Of a DNA stretch of 49,604 bases, positions 48,601 to 49,604 are shown piece after piece (positions within the stretch are counted from its first letter, which is position 1; every line of letters begins with the position of its first letter). The position numbers and the translations under genes are program-made. Origin of the DNA: Acidobacteriota bacterium (lineage in GTDB: Bacteria > Acidobacteriota > Thermoanaerobaculia > UBA5066 > Gp7-AA6); contig JANMBR010000049.1 in assembly GCA_031360505.1 (NCBI GenBank), positions 1-49,604 of the forward strand, in the 5' to 3' direction. Below the pieces are notes generated by a model. The model was not told the origin of the DNA, ran no database searches, and saw nothing but the letters and a program-made list of their open reading frames with translations.

Positions 48601-49597
48601 CGGCAACTTCCGGTTGGACGGCGGCGCGATCAAGGACTTCCGGTTCGCGATCCAGGGCCGCCGCGTCGCGGTGCGGGCGATTCCGGCCATGCGTCTGACC
48701 GTGGATGCTGACCTCGTTGCGTCCGGCGACGAGTCCGGCAACCAGATTCGGGGCGAGGTGACGCTGTTGCGCGGGACATACTCGAAGGACGTCGAGGTCA
48801 CACTCTCCGATCTGCTCGAGCGCAGCCGGCCGGGCGGCGCCGTGGCCGCGCGCGAGCCCTGGAAGGAACGGACGACGCTCGACGTGCGGATCGTCTCCGC
48901 GGCGTCGCTCGAAGTGCGCAACAACCTCGCGCGGCTCTCGGCAACGGTGGACCTGCGGGCGCGCGGGACCGTCGAAGAGCCCGTGCTCATCGGGCAGGTC
49001 ATCCTGGACGAGGGAGGGCGCGTCGTCTTCAGCGACATCCGCTACGAGATCGAGGCGGGCACGCTCACGTTCTCCAACACGGCCCGCATCGCGCCGTTCG
49101 TCGACCTGCGAGCGCGCGCCGAGGTCAAGGGCTACAACCTGATCGTGCTGCTCGCGGGCACATGGCCGCGCATCTCTGCCAACTTCACGTCGGACCCGCC
49201 GCTCTCCAACGACGCGATCCTCGGCCTGATCCTGAGCGGCACCGCGCCCGACACCCGCGCCCAGGCCGACACGACGAGCCAGCTCGTTTCGGCCGCGGGC
49301 GGGGCCATCAGCGGCGCCGTGACCGGCGGCATCCAGCGGCAGACGCAGAAGCTCTTCAAGCTCGACCGCTTCCAGATCGACCCGGTCTTCACCGGCGGCC
49401 AGCTCACGACCGTGCGGTCGACCATCGGGAAGCAGATCACCCAGGACCTTTCGGTCACGACGTCGATCGCGCTCGACTCGAGCAAGGAGCCGATCGTCCG
49501 GGTCGAGTGGCAGGCCACCGACACGATCCTCGTGCAGCTGATCCGCGACGACAACGGAATCCTCTCGATCAGCTTCCGCCGGCGCCAGCGGCTGTGA
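45656..49597 (+). CDS. tamB: Translocation/assembly module TamB / AsmA-like protein (1313 aa)
   Basis: N-terminal TM, a long Gly-rich beta-taco pattern and a C-terminal DUF490-like region (FTSDPPLS..AIL..I...TIGKQIT). The stop overlaps the next ATG (TGATG) at the window edge. Confidence 0.85.
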   Translation: MEEGDEAPHEAQPLSTSRLFLVVVVFLVLAGYAIWNSDRFQSLFQGVSEQRLSQLLQRPVSFRRVDFSIFPPSVHLADVRVGNDPRAPEGPLLEAEELTIGGGVSVTGGELRFGRVRALHPKVSLVQFPDGTWNLPPGLSRPASKGGLSVKIGELVVQQGTFGFEGRKSDIDGRLENFAAELASLPGNNYRGSLACRRTTLRLSGDEPLVFGVDLAFRSGPASGVQIDSLRIVGDFGELRASGSVEDLKNPEILLRATGELHVAEVERVFHSALGFAGDARVDAELSLPPQGGFRIAGRLGVASLDAKGFLLEGFEAAVVARPDALVARIEKARYAGGDISGVYRIENLAGHGRPSPMTLSLEGKGISVERFFGDLRLPGTGLSGSAALAATLHWSEGGITRSNGAAKLSIEPGPAVSIVRGRFGIPIGGGGTLPVVDGRIGFEGTTFRFPSSTLEATGGLRIGEWLPDFDFQLRSRDLAEVDRLFQNFVGASGSVPSPLGFGGSGDVSGHIAGSWGNPDVAAKFSAENALYGGVLFGSVRGATDMHDGAFLFHPLRAYEGSATISLEGTVRYRKDPARPTLDLAVTAKDFPVSRFLEYLDLDYPIEGRLTGSFPLVGNPSEGVTGSGAAALDDAVIWGQKVARITGRMELTPGHFELGDVRADLGGGMLGGRLAIAYRAKTFEARAAGDGIPLEALGALSEVAREVSGRLSFELAGSGPFDKPDLTASASLSDAIVYGHPIPAAMEPRLAVRVVHGDFQGELSVAERWSLSAQGDLSASPLAFDVGVDVRDLAALLLFTPAMLPAGDGGALAARGQVRLASGQGQKPSAQFVVTEARLDARDRPALVRSASDFNVSLDNGRIVVGDVHAVGEGVDLLLRGKLDLAAQKPTVDARVTGSADAVLLSLAMPDLGLTGRLSIDLAVAGPTESPAWNGSARIENGRYRAAGYVFDDIEGGARLVGSGGEIEGLRARVGEGEAFLAGNFRLDGGAIKDFRFAIQGRRVAVRAIPAMRLTVDADLVASGDESGNQIRGEVTLLRGTYSKDVEVTLSDLLERSRPGGAVAAREPWKERTTLDVRIVSAASLEVRNNLARLSATVDLRARGTVEEPVLIGQVILDEGGRVVFSDIRYEIEAGTLTFSNTARIAPFVDLRARAEVKGYNLIVLLAGTWPRISANFTSDPPLSNDAILGLILSGTAPDTRAQADTTSQLVSAAGGAISGAVTGGIQRQTQKLFKLDRFQIDPVFTGGQLTTVRSTIGKQITQDLSVTTSIALDSSKEPIVRVEWQATDTILVQLIRDDNGILSISFRRRQRL

Positions 49598-49604
49598 TGC
49601 GGAG

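Overview
A 49.6 kb, very GC-rich (roughly 70% by eye) bacterial chromosome segment, mostly core genome. Gene content and order (short PheT, zapA-rny-ymdB, TonB/TamB/O-antigen ligase) suggest a diderm such as an Acidobacteriota member; this is inference. From left to right: rimP-nusA-infB-DUF503-rbfA-truB-rpsO-pnp (minus strand); TonB/CoA-binding/DegP/NtrC-type regulator/pyrE; two tRNA-Val genes leading into thrS-infC-rpmI-rplT-pheS-pheT-zapB-zapA-(6S RNA?)-rny-ymdB; an envelope cluster; and an xseA-xseB-ispA...tlyA-nadK block that lacks dxs and instead carries about 10.7 kb of accessory metabolic genes, ending in tamB. Features the ORF track misses: (1) a selenocysteine-encoding BCP/PrxQ peroxiredoxin with an in-frame TGA at the peroxidatic residue and a SECIS-like hairpin; (2) an ATC start for infC; (3) a recurrent TANNNT-N6-8-start motif implying many leaderless genes; (4) GTAG-type REP/REPIN elements and a 123-bp MITE-like element, each placed on a TAG stop codon; (5) six intergenic heptamer-period repeat tracts; (6) a nucleotidyltransferase plus GalK-like kinase pair with an altered sugar-binding motif; (7) a kinase-M23-aminotransferase triple fusion coupled to a secreted phosphatase-fold protein. 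No CRISPR array, rRNA, integrase or transposase was seen.
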